NCBI RefSeq assembly: GCF_006345805.1
Contig: NC_042997.1
Coordinates: 196,416,001 to 196,480,000 of the forward strand
Length of the DNA: 64,000 nt
Source: Octopus sinensis
Lineage: Eukaryota
Direction: 5' to 3'
Every line of letters begins with the position of its first letter. The first letter of the stretch is position 1. Positions 25,197 through 37,949 of this stretch are shown one piece after another. The notes below the pieces were generated by a model. The model saw only the letters and a list, made by a program, of their open reading frames with translations. It was not told the DNA's origin and made no database searches. The position numbers and the translations under genes were made by a program.

Positions 25197-25563
25197 TGGA
25201 GGCGCAATGACCCAGTGGTTAGGTCGTGGGATCGCAGTTTCGATTCCCAGACCGGGCGCTGTGATTGTTTATTGAGCGTAAACACCTAAAGCTCCACGAG
25301 GCTCAATCAGTGGGTGCTGGCGAACCCTGCTGTACTCTTTCATCACAACTTCCTCTCGCTCTACCTTCCTGATTCTGTTGTACTTGTATTTCAAAGGGCC
25401 AGCCTTGTCACAATCTGCGTCACGCTGAATCTCCCCCATGAACTACGTTTAGGGTACACGTGTCTGTAGAGTGCTCAGCCCCTTGCACGTTAATTTCACG
25501 AGCAGGCTGTTCCATTGATCGGATCAATTAGAACCCTCGTCGTCGTAACCGACAGAGTGCCAC
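25197..25563 (+). mobile_element. SINE family C, tail variant 3
   Basis: Same head and centre as 10475; tail ...tcgtcgtcgtaaccgacagagtgcca shared with 62024-62396. Confidence 0.88.
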
Positions 25564-25611
25564 GATTCTATAGCATAATATTCTATATTATGATATTTCA
25601 CTGTATGGCAA

Positions 25612-25860
25612 CTATGGGCAAAGTCTTTTGAGTGGATTTGGAAGACGGAAACTGAAAGAAGCCCGTCGTATATGTATGTATGTATTTGCGTTTGTCACCC
25701 AACCACTTCTTGTTGGTGTGTTTACATCCCCATAATGTAGCAGTTCAGCTAAAGAATCCGATAGAATAAGTGCCGGGTTAAAAACTACTGGGAATCGATC
25801 CTTCAAAGGGGTGCCCCAGCATGGCCGCGTTCAATGACTGAAACAAGCGAAAGATAAAAG
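25612..25860 (+). mobile_element. SINE family A, 5'-truncated
   Basis: gagtggatttggaagacggaaactgaaagaagcccgtcg through to the tail. Confidence 0.8.
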
Positions 25861-26560
25861 AGGAAAAAATAATTATAATGTTCTATATTAAAATATTTTT
25901 CCTTGTCTTCCTACGACATGTATTTTGCTATGTAGTCCACTCTCCTTATCTCAATTTCTTCCGTCTCTGTTCATCTATCTTATCCGTTAGATTATATCCC
26001 ACTGCCAAACCGAAAAAACTATTGCTGGATAGTGTCGAAATTGTAATGATGTTTGATCGACGTCTGATAAAGGCATTCAGCATGTCTGAGTATGTTATGC
26101 ATGTTTATTTCTATTTGGCAAACCTGTGTTCTACCTTTTTCATTCATATATTATAGCTAGTTCAGCGTAAAGATATACGAATAAATTGCTTTGGCCACAG
26201 GCTTCGTCAGCTTGTAATGTGATCAGGAAAGTTAGCTACTTGACAGTCATGGTCAGCAGAGAACACAACACGGAACAAAATGTAACTATTTTATCTGATA
26301 ATCTATCTGACAGATTATCTTCGCATTACTTTGTTGACACAATTGCTTTTATCGTTGATGCTTCAGAAATTTAAAACACACAGACAAACACACGCATATA
26401 TACACACATATACTCAAACACACACAGAAGTAGTGTGTATATGCGTGGTCATCAGTTTCGTGACATAATTGCTTTTCCTCCCGCTGCATCTCAATCTTGC
26501 TGTGTATTCCAATGATGTGCACATACATATATATGCATATGTATATATGTATATATGAAT

Positions 26561-26980
26561 GCGCGTGGCTTAGTGGTTAGGGCATTCGGCACACGATTGA
26601 ATTACGAGGACGTAGACACACCAACATCGGTTTTCAAGCGATGGTTGGGGGACAAACACACACACATACATGCATACATATACATGCATACATATACATA
26701 CATATATATACATACATACATATATACATACATACATATATATATATATTTCAAAGGGCCAGCCTTGTCACACACAGTGTCACTCTGAATCTCTCAGACA
26801 ACTACATTAAGGATACAAAGATGGGCAGCTTTCAGTTTCCGTCTACCAAATCTACTCATAAGGCTATGGTTGGTCCAAGGCTATAGTAAAAGACACTTGC
26901 CTAAGGTGCCAGGTAGTGGATCGGAACCCGGAACCATGTGGTTGGGAAGTAAGCTACTTACCATACAGCCACTCCTGCGC
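26561..26980. mobile_element. SINE mosaic: D head(+), A(-), C-tail fragment(+) inside A's microsatellite
   Basis: D head 26561-26603; A 26605-26980; ttcaaagggccagccttgtcacac at 26748-26820. Confidence 0.75.
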
Positions 26981-27009
26981 CCAGAATATATATACACACA
27001 AAATAATAA

Positions 27010-27044
<35 letters not shown>

Positions 27045-27412
27045 GAGAGAGAACGAGGGAGAGAATGTGTGTTTATGTGTTTGTAAGTGTGCTTATATGA
27101 ATACGCTTGTGTATATGCATTTCTGTATGTGCCCGTGTATAAACATGTCTTCAGGTGTACATAAATGCACACACGTGTGGACACAGTGGAGTATGCGCGA
27201 AGGTGCAAGCGCGCCTCTATGCGTCATTCACTCTATACATGGCCGCAGGTTTGAAGGAATTGAAATTTAGTTGATGGAAACGATGTAGAAGCCTGTCTAA
27301 TGGACAGGATTTGTACTTCGAATAGATGGTGCCTATCACTCTTTGTAGAGTGTCCAAGACTGGTGAGATGGAGAAAGGGAGATATCTTTAAATCGGAGCT
27401 GACCCAAGTGCT

Positions 27413-27582
27413 TCCAGAGTCATATCCTAGTGATCATCATTGAGATATGACTCTGGAGGAAGCAATTGCAACAAATTCTCCAAAACAAGCCAAAGTGCTG
27501 TTTGCAGATCTTCCCATTAGGGGCCAGTAGCTTAAAACCTATATACTAGCTTAAAAGCCGCTTTTAAGATAGTCACAAATAT
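27413..27582 (+). repeat. Double-hairpin dispersed repeat, copy 1
   Basis: Matches 29921-30075. Confidence 0.85.
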
Positions 27583-28686
27583 AAACTCCGTTATGGGTAC
27601 CCTAAATGCCAAATGGGGCTGCTAAACGGGGCGAGGGACTGTGTGTACCACACAAGTAGACATAGGCGAGAGTTGAACTCGGAACCCAAAGAACCGGTAT
27701 AATTGCCGCAAAGTATTTGGTCAGACGTTCTTTGCAGTTTCGTCAGCTCATCGCTCTGGGTTGGTAAGTTTTTATCGACCTCGAAAAGATAAAAGGCAAA
27801 GCTAACCTTAGCACAATTTGAACATAGAACGTAGAATGCAGAACATTGAACGTTGAATATTATAAAGCATTTTATCCAATGCTCTACCGATTCTAACTCA
27901 CCGTCCTTGATAGAATAGCTGGAACACTCATCGTCGAGACCGACAGAGGACCCATATATTTCACACCAGCAAAGATACACGAAAAAAAAAAATACGCACG
28001 TGTTTGCACAATTCAGTATAAGATTCTGTTTATCAGATATAATTTAGTTGAAAGAATCAAATTTCCGATTGCTACGGAGAACCAGTGACCTCCAGAATGA
28101 TTCGTTAGTGACCCGGCTGATATGTATATGTTGTAAGGGAAATGCCATAGGCATTTGTATGACATAAATATCTCCTGTTGTATCTCGATTATCACTAATC
28201 GTTCATATGATACTTGACGAACACTACATGAATAGCAATAAGTTCCCAACGGACTAAAATCGCGATACTGTTTCAATTCCTATCGGAATCGCTACACTTA
28301 CAACCTTTCGGTAAGTCTAGCAACTGGAATGTCACAAAACTTGCAACTCGCCTCTGCTTCTTCACCAACGATCAAACCGACGTTTCACCAGCTGCGTGAT
28401 ACAACTGATTACAAATGTCAAGCGACTTATTACTGCGATCGAAAAGATTTACTGACTAAAATATTGAATAGAGACATTAAAATGTCTGGATGCTTGCTTT
28501 GCAGTTACGAGTTGAAAGTGTTCTGGAGATAACGTTGTTTATCTAACATTTGTTCAGTGTTCTTTAAAATTAATCCCAGTGTATTACTGGTATTTAATGT
28601 AAGCCCAATTACAACAAGGCTTCTTTTCTGATTCGGGTTACTACTGTTCTCTGATTCTCACTTCTAAAATTTCCAAAGCGATTTAA

Positions 28687-29335
28687 GGCGGCGAGCTGGC
28701 AGAAACGTTAGCACGCTGGGCGAAATGCGTGGCCGTATTTCGTCTGCCGCTACGTTCTGAGTTCAAATTCCGCCGAGGTCGACTTTGCCTTTCATCCTTT
28801 CGGGGTCGATAAATTAAGTATCGGTTACGCACTGGGGTCAATGTAATCGACTTAATCCGTTTGTCTGTCCTTGTTTTCCCCCTCTATGTGCAGCCCCTTG
28901 TGGGTAGTAAAGAAATAGGTATTTCAAAAGGCGGCGGGCTGGCAGACACGTTAGCACGTCGGACCAAATGCGTAGCCGTATTTCGTCTGTCGTTACGTTC
29001 CGAGTTCAAATTCCGCCGAGGTCGACTTTGCCTTTCATCCTTTCGGGGTCGATTAAATAAATACCAGTTACGCACTGGGGTCGATATAATCGACTTAATC
29101 CGTTTGTCTGTCCTTGTCTGTCCTCTCTGTGTTTAGCCCCTTGTGGATAGTAAAGAAATAGATATTTCGTCTGTCTTTACGTTCTGAGTTCAAATTCTGC
29201 TGAGGTCGATTTTGCCTTTCACCCTTTTGGGGACAATAAAATATGTACCAGTCGCATACTGGGGGTTGATCTAATCGACTTACACTCTCAGCTGGCCTTG
29301 TTCGAAAATTCGAAACCAGCATTGAAAAGTAATAG
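28687..29335 (+). mobile_element. Two adjacent family B SINEs (heads at ~28687 and ~28930)
   Basis: ggcggcgagctggcag / ggcggcgggctggcag heads and repeated core. Confidence 0.9.
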
Positions 29336-29920
29336 AGACCTCATAAACAATCACCCTGGTCATCTCAATCTCTTTATCTACTCTTTAAACATCAGTATAA
29401 GTTTCAAAACGCAAACTCTATTGGAAAACTGCTTTTTCATGTCATACATGAGTGATAATTTTCTCTAGGTGATTTCAATGACGGTTCTGGGGTTCCTTTA
29501 ATTTTAAAAAGCTTCCGATGACACAGAGTACAAAACACTCTTAACTAATACCGGTTCCACTTATAATACATTTAAATCTATTTTAAATATAGGATGACAT
29601 TGCTGTCTCTAAACCTCATCTAATATAATAAATGCAAATGTTAGTGTATCAGTGTGTCACACTTTTTCAACTCTACTTCTAGAAGGTCGTAGCCCAACAT
29701 ATACTATTTTGGAATCAGGCCGATTTCATGAGTAAATTAAAAACATTCCGAGCTCAATCCAGACCAGCAATCCTGAAATTCTGGAGTTCCAAGTTTTCAT
29801 TACTGCGATTGTTTACGGCAATTTGGAAATAAATTTTGGGAATAATCGAAATTAATTGCAAAATCCAGCGATTATTTTCGGCGATGTTTATATGTGATTT
29901 TTTTTTTACGACGATATGAC

Positions 29921-30075
29921 TCCAGAGTCACATCCTAGTGATCATCACTTGATATGATTCTGGAGGAAGCAATTCCAACAAATTTCTCCAAAACAAGCTA
30001 AAGTGCTGTTTGCAGATCTTCCCATTAGAAGCTATATACTAGCTTAAAAGCCGCTTTTAAGCTAGTTATAAATAT
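29921..30075 (+). repeat. Double-hairpin dispersed repeat, copy 2
   Basis: Contains ctagcttaaaag-ccg-cttttaagctag (30039-30065). Confidence 0.85.
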
Positions 30076-30129
30076 ATGATCAACTGCGAATGAAGGTTTA
30101 CTTATACTAGATGCAGTATAAACTCTAAA

Positions 30130-30700
30130 ACATTCTTTTCTACTCTAGATACAAGGTCCGAAATTTTTGAGGAGGGGGCCAGTTGATTAGATCGACATCA
30201 GTATGCAATTGGTACTTAATTTATCGACCCCCGAAAGGATGAAAGGCAAAGTTGACGTAGGCGGAATTTGAACTCAGAACGTAAGAACTGACGTAATACT
30301 GATTTCTTTACTACCCACAAGGGGCTAAACACAGAAGGGACAAACAAGGACAGACAAACGGATTAAGTCGATTACATCAACCCCAGTTCGTAACTGGTAC
30401 TTATTTAATCGACCCCGAAAGGGAGAAAGGCAAAGTCAACCTTGGCGGAATTTGAACTCAGAACGTAGCGGCAGACGAAATACCTATTTCTTTACTACCC
30501 ACAAGGGGCTAAACACAGAAGGGACAAACAAGGACAGAAACGGATTAAATCGATTATATCGACCCCAGTGCGTAGCTGGTACTTAATTTATCGACCCTGA
30601 AAGGATGAAAGGCAAAGTCGACCTCGGCGGAATTCGAACTCAGAACGTAACGGCAGAGCATTTCGCCCGGCGTGCTAACGTTTCTGCCAGCTCACCGCCT
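30130..30700 (-). mobile_element. SINE family B with ~3 tandem internal units
   Basis: Core repeated every ~183 bp. Confidence 0.9.
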
Positions 30701-31602
30701 ATGAACCCTAAAACATTATTCACACACCCTGGTTGTAAGCTCTACTCCTACTACTCCTCTTACTATTACACTCTCTTCCCCTCACGTGCGTTCTGACGTC
30801 ATCGACGGAAAGGCCATCTGTTACAACAACCGTCAGTCCATCGATGCACTTTATCAACCCTCTGTCTTTTTATTACCAATTCTATAGCGAAAGCATTCAG
30901 CTAAAGAAAGGAAGAAAATTTCAATAAACGCCATTTATACACCAACCCCGCTGATATATTAAGATCTGACGAAGCTTGGAGAACAATTATTAAAAGAAGC
31001 TGGTATCCAAAAATATATAAAGCAAAAGAAAAAAAATGAATAAAATAAAGTAAAGAAATACATTTCGTCAAATTGGACGAAGAAGCAATAAAATAATGTG
31101 AAAACAGAAGAAAACGACGGCTGAGATTTTTAAAAAAGAATAGACCTGATCAGAATAAATATATTGAATTAGATTCTACACGTAACTTTTACCATTATTA
31201 ATAGAGACAATGAACAGTTGTTGAAAACACACGGAGAGAGAGGAAAAGAAAGAGAGAGAGAGAGAGAGGGAGAGAGAGAAGAGAAGTTGAAAGGGAAAAG
31301 GAAAGGGGGAGAAAAGAGGAAGTTGAAAGAGTAGCAAATACATAGGCGGATACTATAAGAAAAGAAGCAAAGAAAAGTAATATCGTTTTTTTTTATTTGT
31401 GCAATAAAGAAATAAAAGGAACATGAAAAACAAAACAAAACAAAAAAGACAACAAAAATGTCATATAAAGTATAGACGAGGATATTGGTCTCTTAAGGTT
31501 CACTGTGAGATCCTTAGGGCAGAACGAAACGTATGACACACACGTGGTTCTCCCTCAATGAAATTATCAGGCCCCCAGGCTCTCCCACTCTCTCTCTCTC
31601 TA

Positions 31603-31850
31603 TACATACATACATACATACATACATACATACATACATACATGTATATATATATACATACATGTATATATATACATACATACATGTATATATATACATA
31701 CATACATGTATATATATACATACGTGTATATATATATACTACATACATGTATATATATACATACATGTATATATATATACATACATGTATATATATACAT
31801 ACATATATATATATACATCAGCATACACGTACACACACACACACATGTAA
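31603..31850. repeat. (TACA)n/(TA)n compound microsatellite
   Basis: Directly visible. Confidence 0.95.
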
Positions 31851-32216
31851 TGCTTAGATACGCATATATGTATGTATATATAAGTATATATGTGAATATA
31901 ACATATATGTATATATGTGTGTGCATCTGTGTGTGTTATTTATTTCTATTTGTTGCATATGAAAAGCAACTACGTTGAGATTCCCTCGTTGATTTTCTGT
32001 TCTTGAGGTAAAGAATAAATCACTTTAAAGCGAGGAAGCTTCTATTTGGTTACTCCACATACTAGAAGTAAGAGCTAAACGTACCTCAAACCTCACCATG
32101 CTGTATGTACATGTATGAACGTGCATACGTATGTATGTATGTATCGATCGATCATCTATATGTTTGTAACTGTCTATCCATCTATCTATCCATCCATCAA
32201 TCTATATATACATATT

Positions 32217-32444
32217 TCGTTACTACCCACAAGGGGCTAAACACAGAGAGGACAAACAAGGACAGACAAACGGATTAAGTCGATTACATCGACCCCAGTG
32301 CGTAACTGGTACTTAATTTATCGACCTCGAAAGGATAAAAGACAAAGTCGACCCCGGCGGAATTTGAACTCACATAGTAGCGGCAGACGAAATACCGCTA
32401 AGCATTTCGCTCGGCGTGCTAACGTTTCTGCCAGCTCGCCGCCT
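32217..32444 (-). mobile_element. SINE family B, single-unit copy
   Basis: Complete head and core. Confidence 0.9.
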
Positions 32445-32451
32445 TAATATA

Positions 32452-32780
32452 CAGGGTGCATAAGGTATTTGAGGACATAACTTTTTTGGGGTCGTTGTAA
32501 TCTTTGTTTCAGAAAATAACAATGGCAGACCCTCAGCTTATTCACGAAATGAAGAGGCATGTTATTGTGGTCATAAAGGCTGGACATAGAGATTTAGAAA
32601 TATCTCGATTTTTAAAAGTTGCTACATCTTTCGTCTACAAAGTTTGTAAGGAGCTAGAGACTGAAGATGGAAACGTATCACCAGTATAAAAGCAGAAAAA
32701 AGCATTCTAAACACTCTGAAATAATCAGAACACCTGAATTTATCCACCAAGTTCAACAGACCATTGATTACACTCCCAGA
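32452..32780 (+). mobile_element. 5' fragment of a maT/DD37D-like Tc1-mariner transposon
   Basis: TA|CAGGGTG start; MKRHVIVVIKAGHRDLEISRFLKVATSFVYKV...IIRTPEFI..VQ..ID HTH-like N-terminus with a stop; truncated by a B SINE. Confidence 0.7.
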
Positions 32781-32920
32781 ACTGGTACTTATATTATCGA
32801 TCCAGAAAGAATGACAGGCAAGGTCGACCATGCCAGAATTTGAACTTAGAACGTAAAGACAGACGAAATGGTACTAAGCATTTTGTCTGGCGTGCTAACG
32901 ATTCAGCCAGCTCACCACCT

Positions 32921-32958
<38 letters not shown>

Positions 32959-33172
32959 CTTTCTACAATAGGCACAATGTCTGAAATTTTGTGGGGAGGA
33001 GAGTAGTCGATTACATCGATACCTGTGTTTCACTTGGTACTTAATTTATCGATCTCGAAAGGATAAAAGGCAAAGTCGACCTCAGCGGAATTTGAACTTA
33101 AAACCTAACGGCAGACGAAATACCGCTAAACATAACGCCCGGCGTGCTAACAATTCTGCATGCTCGCCGCCT
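32781..33172 (-). mobile_element. Two family B SINE copies separated by (CTA)n
   Basis: Cores at ~32781-32920 and ~32955-33172. Confidence 0.85.
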
Positions 33173-33224
33173 TGAACAACAACAACAATAATATAGGTAT
33201 CATCTCTAGCGTCATTATTGTTGT

Positions 33225-33717
33225 TTTCTTCTTCTTCTAATCAGGACTCACGCCCTTAGCCACAAAGAATAATCTCTAATTCGAGCCTACTCTAAGCTAC
33301 TAAGAATGCATGTGGCAACTTGAAAATCCACCCACCACACGCGATAGACTGGTGGTTGCGTGGGCACCAAAGCTACGTTGTTATCCTCATTCCGTAAAAG
33401 GTAGCTTTTAATAGGTGGAGAGCTGAACCAACCTGGGGTACAGAGGATTCGCAATCTAGACTAGGGTCTGAAAGTTTTACCACACCATAGTGGGTTACAC
33501 CATGGTTCCTCTGCTTTGTGGAAGAAGTAGGAAGAAAGAGTGAGAGAAAGTTGTGGTGAAAGAGTACAGCAGGGTTCACCACCCCTCCCCACCAGAGCCT
33601 TGTGGAGCTTAGGTGTTTTTGCTCAATAAACACTCACAATGCCCGGTCTGGGAATCGAAACCGCGTTCTTACAACTGCGAGTCCGCTGCCCTAACCACTG
33701 GGCCATTGCGCCTCCAC
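33225..33717 (-). mobile_element. SINE family C, tail variant 2
   Basis: C head at 33717; homology to other C copies stops at ~33535, then a unique ~300 bp tail ending in (GAA)n. Confidence 0.8.
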
Positions 33718-34360
33718 TATTGTTGTTGTTGTTGTAGTCGTTCGTATTGCCTGTGTTGATGAGTATGTTAATTAAATTCAAGTCTTGTTGAAAAGAGAAT
33801 TTAAAACAGTTTTAATTAAAGTTTGACTAAGAAAAAAGAAAACCCTTCAAAAACTACAAAACTTAATAAAAAAAAAAACTCTCTCATTCATTTGATTCTG
33901 TTTTGCATAATTTATGCAAAGATACGTCAAAGTAAGTATATGCAAAAACAGAATATTTTCACATGACGTTAAACATATTGAATAGATCAGCAACAATGTC
34001 TGAATCTCTAACGGATTGAAATTTGGAACTTTCCTATTATCTCTGGCTACAATGCAAATACTACAAGAGGTTCTAGATAATGGCGTTACTCTTATTGGAG
34101 ACATACTATAAGCGATTTTCAAAAACAAAAACATTCAAGAGTTACATCGTCATACCTTAATGTTACCTTAGAGATAAGAAGGTGAATTTAGTGAAAGGCA
34201 ACACGTGAGTCGTCATTTCACTTGTCTTCTATTAAACAAATATTTGCAAAATTTATTCGTTTATGTTTACTCCCACTCGTAGAAGATTAACAACTTCGAA
34301 TGAGACTAACCATGCTGGAGCATACGCGATGATATGTATATATAAATACACACACACATA

Positions 34361-34774
34361 TCTCTCTTTTACTCTTTTACTCTTTTACTTGTTTCAGTCA
34401 TTTGACTGCGGCCATGCTGGAGCACCGCCTTTAGTCGAGCAACTCGACCCCGGGACTTATTCTTTTTGTAAGCCCAGTACTTATTCTATCGGTCTCTTTT
34501 TGCCGAACCGCTAAGTGACGGGGACGTAAACACACCAGTATCGGTTGTCAAGCAATGCTAGGGGAACAAACACAGACACACAAACACACACACATACATA
34601 TATATACATATATACGACAGGCTTCTTTCAGTTTCCGTCTACCAAATCCACTCACAAGGCATTGGTCGGCCCGGGGCTATAGAAGACACTTGCCCAAGAT
34701 GCCACGCAGTGGGATTGAACCCGGAACCATGTGGTTGGTTAGCAAGCTACTTACCACACAGCCACTCCTGCGCC
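34361..34774 (-). mobile_element. SINE family A (same subfamily as 34830 and 39680)
   Basis: Shared variants gcattggtcggcccggggct, ctaagtgacgggg, gcaatgctagggg. Confidence 0.93.
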
Positions 34775-34829
34775 TATATATAATAATTATTTGAGGAAAT
34801 ATTTTTATATATATGTATATATATATATA

Positions 34830-35004
34830 GGCGCAGGAGTGGCTGTGTGGTAAGTAGCTTGTTTACCAACCACATGGTTCCGGGTTCAGGCCCGCTGCGT
34901 GGCATCTTGGGCAAGTGTCTTCTGCTATAGCCCCGGGCCGACCAATGCCTTGTGAGTGGATTTGGTAGACGGAAACTGAGAGAAGCCCGTCGTATATATG
35001 TATA

Positions 35005-35035
<31 letters not shown>

Positions 35036-35238
35036 TTGTGTGTCTGTGTTTGTCCCTAGCATTGCTTGACAACCGATGCTGGTGTATTTACGTCCCCGTC
35101 ACTTAGCGGTTCGGCAAAAGAGACCGATAGAATAAGTACTGGGCTTACAAAGAATAAGTCCCGGGGTCGATTTGCTCGACTAAAGGCGGTGCTCCAGCAT
35201 GGCTGCAGTCAAATGACGGAAACATGTAAAAGAGAGAG
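34830..35238 (+). mobile_element. SINE family A, head-to-head with the previous copy
   Basis: Full length with the same diagnostic variants. Confidence 0.93.
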
Positions 35239-35239
35239 T

Positions 35240-35295
35240 AATATACATATATGTATATATTATATACATATATGTATATATATATATACATATAT

Positions 35296-35329
<34 letters not shown>

Positions 35330-35439
35330 CATATATGTATATATTATATATACATATATGTATATATATATACATATAGTATATATATATATACATATGT
35401 ATATATTATATATATATGTATATATGTATATATATATAC

Positions 35440-35470
<31 letters not shown>

Positions 35471-35762
35471 CATATATGTATATATATGTATATATATATA
35501 ATATATATATATACATATATTGTATATATATATATACATATATGTTATATATATATATATATATGTAATATATATATATATATGTATATATGTATATATA
35601 TATATACATATATGTATATATATATATACATATATGTATATATATGTGTACATATATGTATATATATACATATATTTGTATATATGTGTACATATATGTA
35701 TATATATACATATGTACATATATACATATGTATATATGTATATTATATATATACATATGTAC

Positions 35763-35803
<41 letters not shown>

Positions 35804-36272
35804 TACATATGTATATATATATTATATATATACATATGTATATATATATATATGTATATATATGTATATATATATATATACATATGTATATATATATATA
35901 TATATACATATGTATATATATATATATATATAGTATATATATATATATATGTATATATATATGTATATATATATGTATATATATATGTATATATATATAT
36001 GTATATATACGTATATATATACGTGTATATATATGTAAATATTTGCATGTATATATGCATATGTATCTATATATGTACATGTATATATATGTATCTATAT
36101 ATGTACATGTATATATATGCATATGTTTATGTATGTGTGTATATGTACATGTATATATATATGTATATATATGTGTGTATACATATGTATATATATATGT
36201 ATATATAAACATATATATATATATATATATATAGTTATATATATATACATATACACATATATGTATATACAT
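35240..36272. repeat. ~1 kb (TA)n/(TATG)n microsatellite
   Basis: Directly visible; begins at the SINE 3' end. Confidence 0.97.
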
Positions 36273-37403
36273 GTGACAAATAACAAGTGTAAATTCGATA
36301 AAAAGAAACCCAAGAAATGTGAAGAAGCATGTATCGCAAAAGCAATTTGTGAACCTGTAAGACAAGGTAAGAAAAGAAAACCAAAAAATGTTAATTCTAT
36401 AAACATATGAACAAGAAAGTAAGTGAAACAGATGCTAAATGCATGTTGGAGTGCATTTCAGTAAGGTGCTGAATATAGGATGAACGTGGCGAGTTAGTCA
36501 CACGGAAGGATGCTGTCATGTGCATCTCTATTGGAAATTTTCGACGTATATGCTCTTGTGACGGGGGATCTAATCAAACTAATTATGAAGGAAAACGAAG
36601 AAAATTTGAGTGCGTTATTATGACCTGAAGTGAATATGATGATAATAATATCCAGAGGGGAGGAAATGGAACAGGCTGATGGACAAGGTGATTTAATGTA
36701 TTGTCGCTCGCGAAAGTTGCAATGATTGGAAATTTTAAACACTCCGGTGAAGAATGCAAAAAAAAAAAAAATGGTAAGTGAAGGTGAGTGTGTGTGTGTG
36801 AAGACTAATCATTCCTTCCAATCAGGTGATGGTGGTAGTAGTAGTAGTAGTAGTAGTAATAATATTTGGTTTCATACCCTCCCGTTTGCGAGTCTTTGGA
36901 TGAAGGCTTTCCCGGCAGCGTTTCGTGCGCGAGTGTCTTCACTGCTTTCTAAAAGCTACAATACAGAAGGAGCTTTTGAATTGAGTAAATAAAAGAAACA
37001 CAAGAAGCGGCGTACTTTTATTTTATTAGTGAATCAAACATTTAATGTATGTAAATGTTATATATATATATATACTTACATAGATTCAAGAGGAGGCGAA
37101 ATGAGATAATTTCATGTGTGGCCCTCTGCAAGCATTGATGACACAAATGATTTGAAATGACAAAGACATTTGAAGCAGGGTAGTTCGAGATACGAGATCA
37201 TTTACCAATTATAGGCTAGTCATTAACATTGGCAATTAGTATTAGAGCTCAAGAACAGATTGGTTTTGTAAAGGGGGAACAATCCTAATATTGTAAGTAA
37301 TTTGTAGCCTTATTGAACGCTCATTGATAACAATATGTTCTAAGCCATGGCTCCGTTACTGCGGACATGTGATTAGAAAGTTGCAGGAAAGAATCGAATT
37401 GAC

Positions 37404-37642
37404 CAGTGGTTGTCAGCTGGGACCCATGTAATCCATAGGGGTCAATATAATATTTTTCTGTTTAAGCTTACGAGCAATAAATTGGTTGTTTCTAATTTGC
37501 ACAAAATATTTTAACAATGTTTTTGATACAATTCTTAAGAATATTCAATAATAGAAATATAACAGGATTTCTTTTAACATGGACCGTAGGGTCAAATAGG
37601 AATCAAAGAGGTCCATAGGCAAAAAATAGTTGAGAACCACTA
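37404..37642. mobile_element. hAT-type MITE
   Basis: Termini cagtggttgtcagc / gttgagaaccacta resemble CAGTGGTTCTCAAC TIRs; 8-bp TSD degenerate. Confidence 0.55.
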
Positions 37643-37949
37643 GTTCAGACGGACTCTTCTTGTCGAGCCAATAGGCAGGAGATCTAGGGATAAATGAAGA
37701 AGGTGATGGTTGGATGATATCCATAGTCTCAGTTGGACCCGCTTGGGAATCAAGCCGGAAAGTGTAATGATGGTTGCTTCTGATAGGAACCTACGGAAGA
37801 GGTGCCTGACGACTCAACGACCCTCCCAAGAATAGTGGTGAAGAAGATGGATGAATGGACAGATAGATGGACGGTTATAATCTCGAGCGAAGAAATATTC
37901 CTGATGATCGAATCTCTCGTTAATAAAGGGTTGAGATATTATTAAAAGG

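Noticed and set aside
35066-36410. Long YI-rich ORFs (up to 380 aa), and similar ones at 19500-22040 and 54588-56601
   Set aside because: Translations of (TA)/(TATG) microsatellites, open on both strands.
36273-36780. Purine-rich stretch with protein-like frames (faint piggyBac resemblance) and GTAAG donors
   Set aside because: Stops in all frames, no acceptor, similarity too weak to call.
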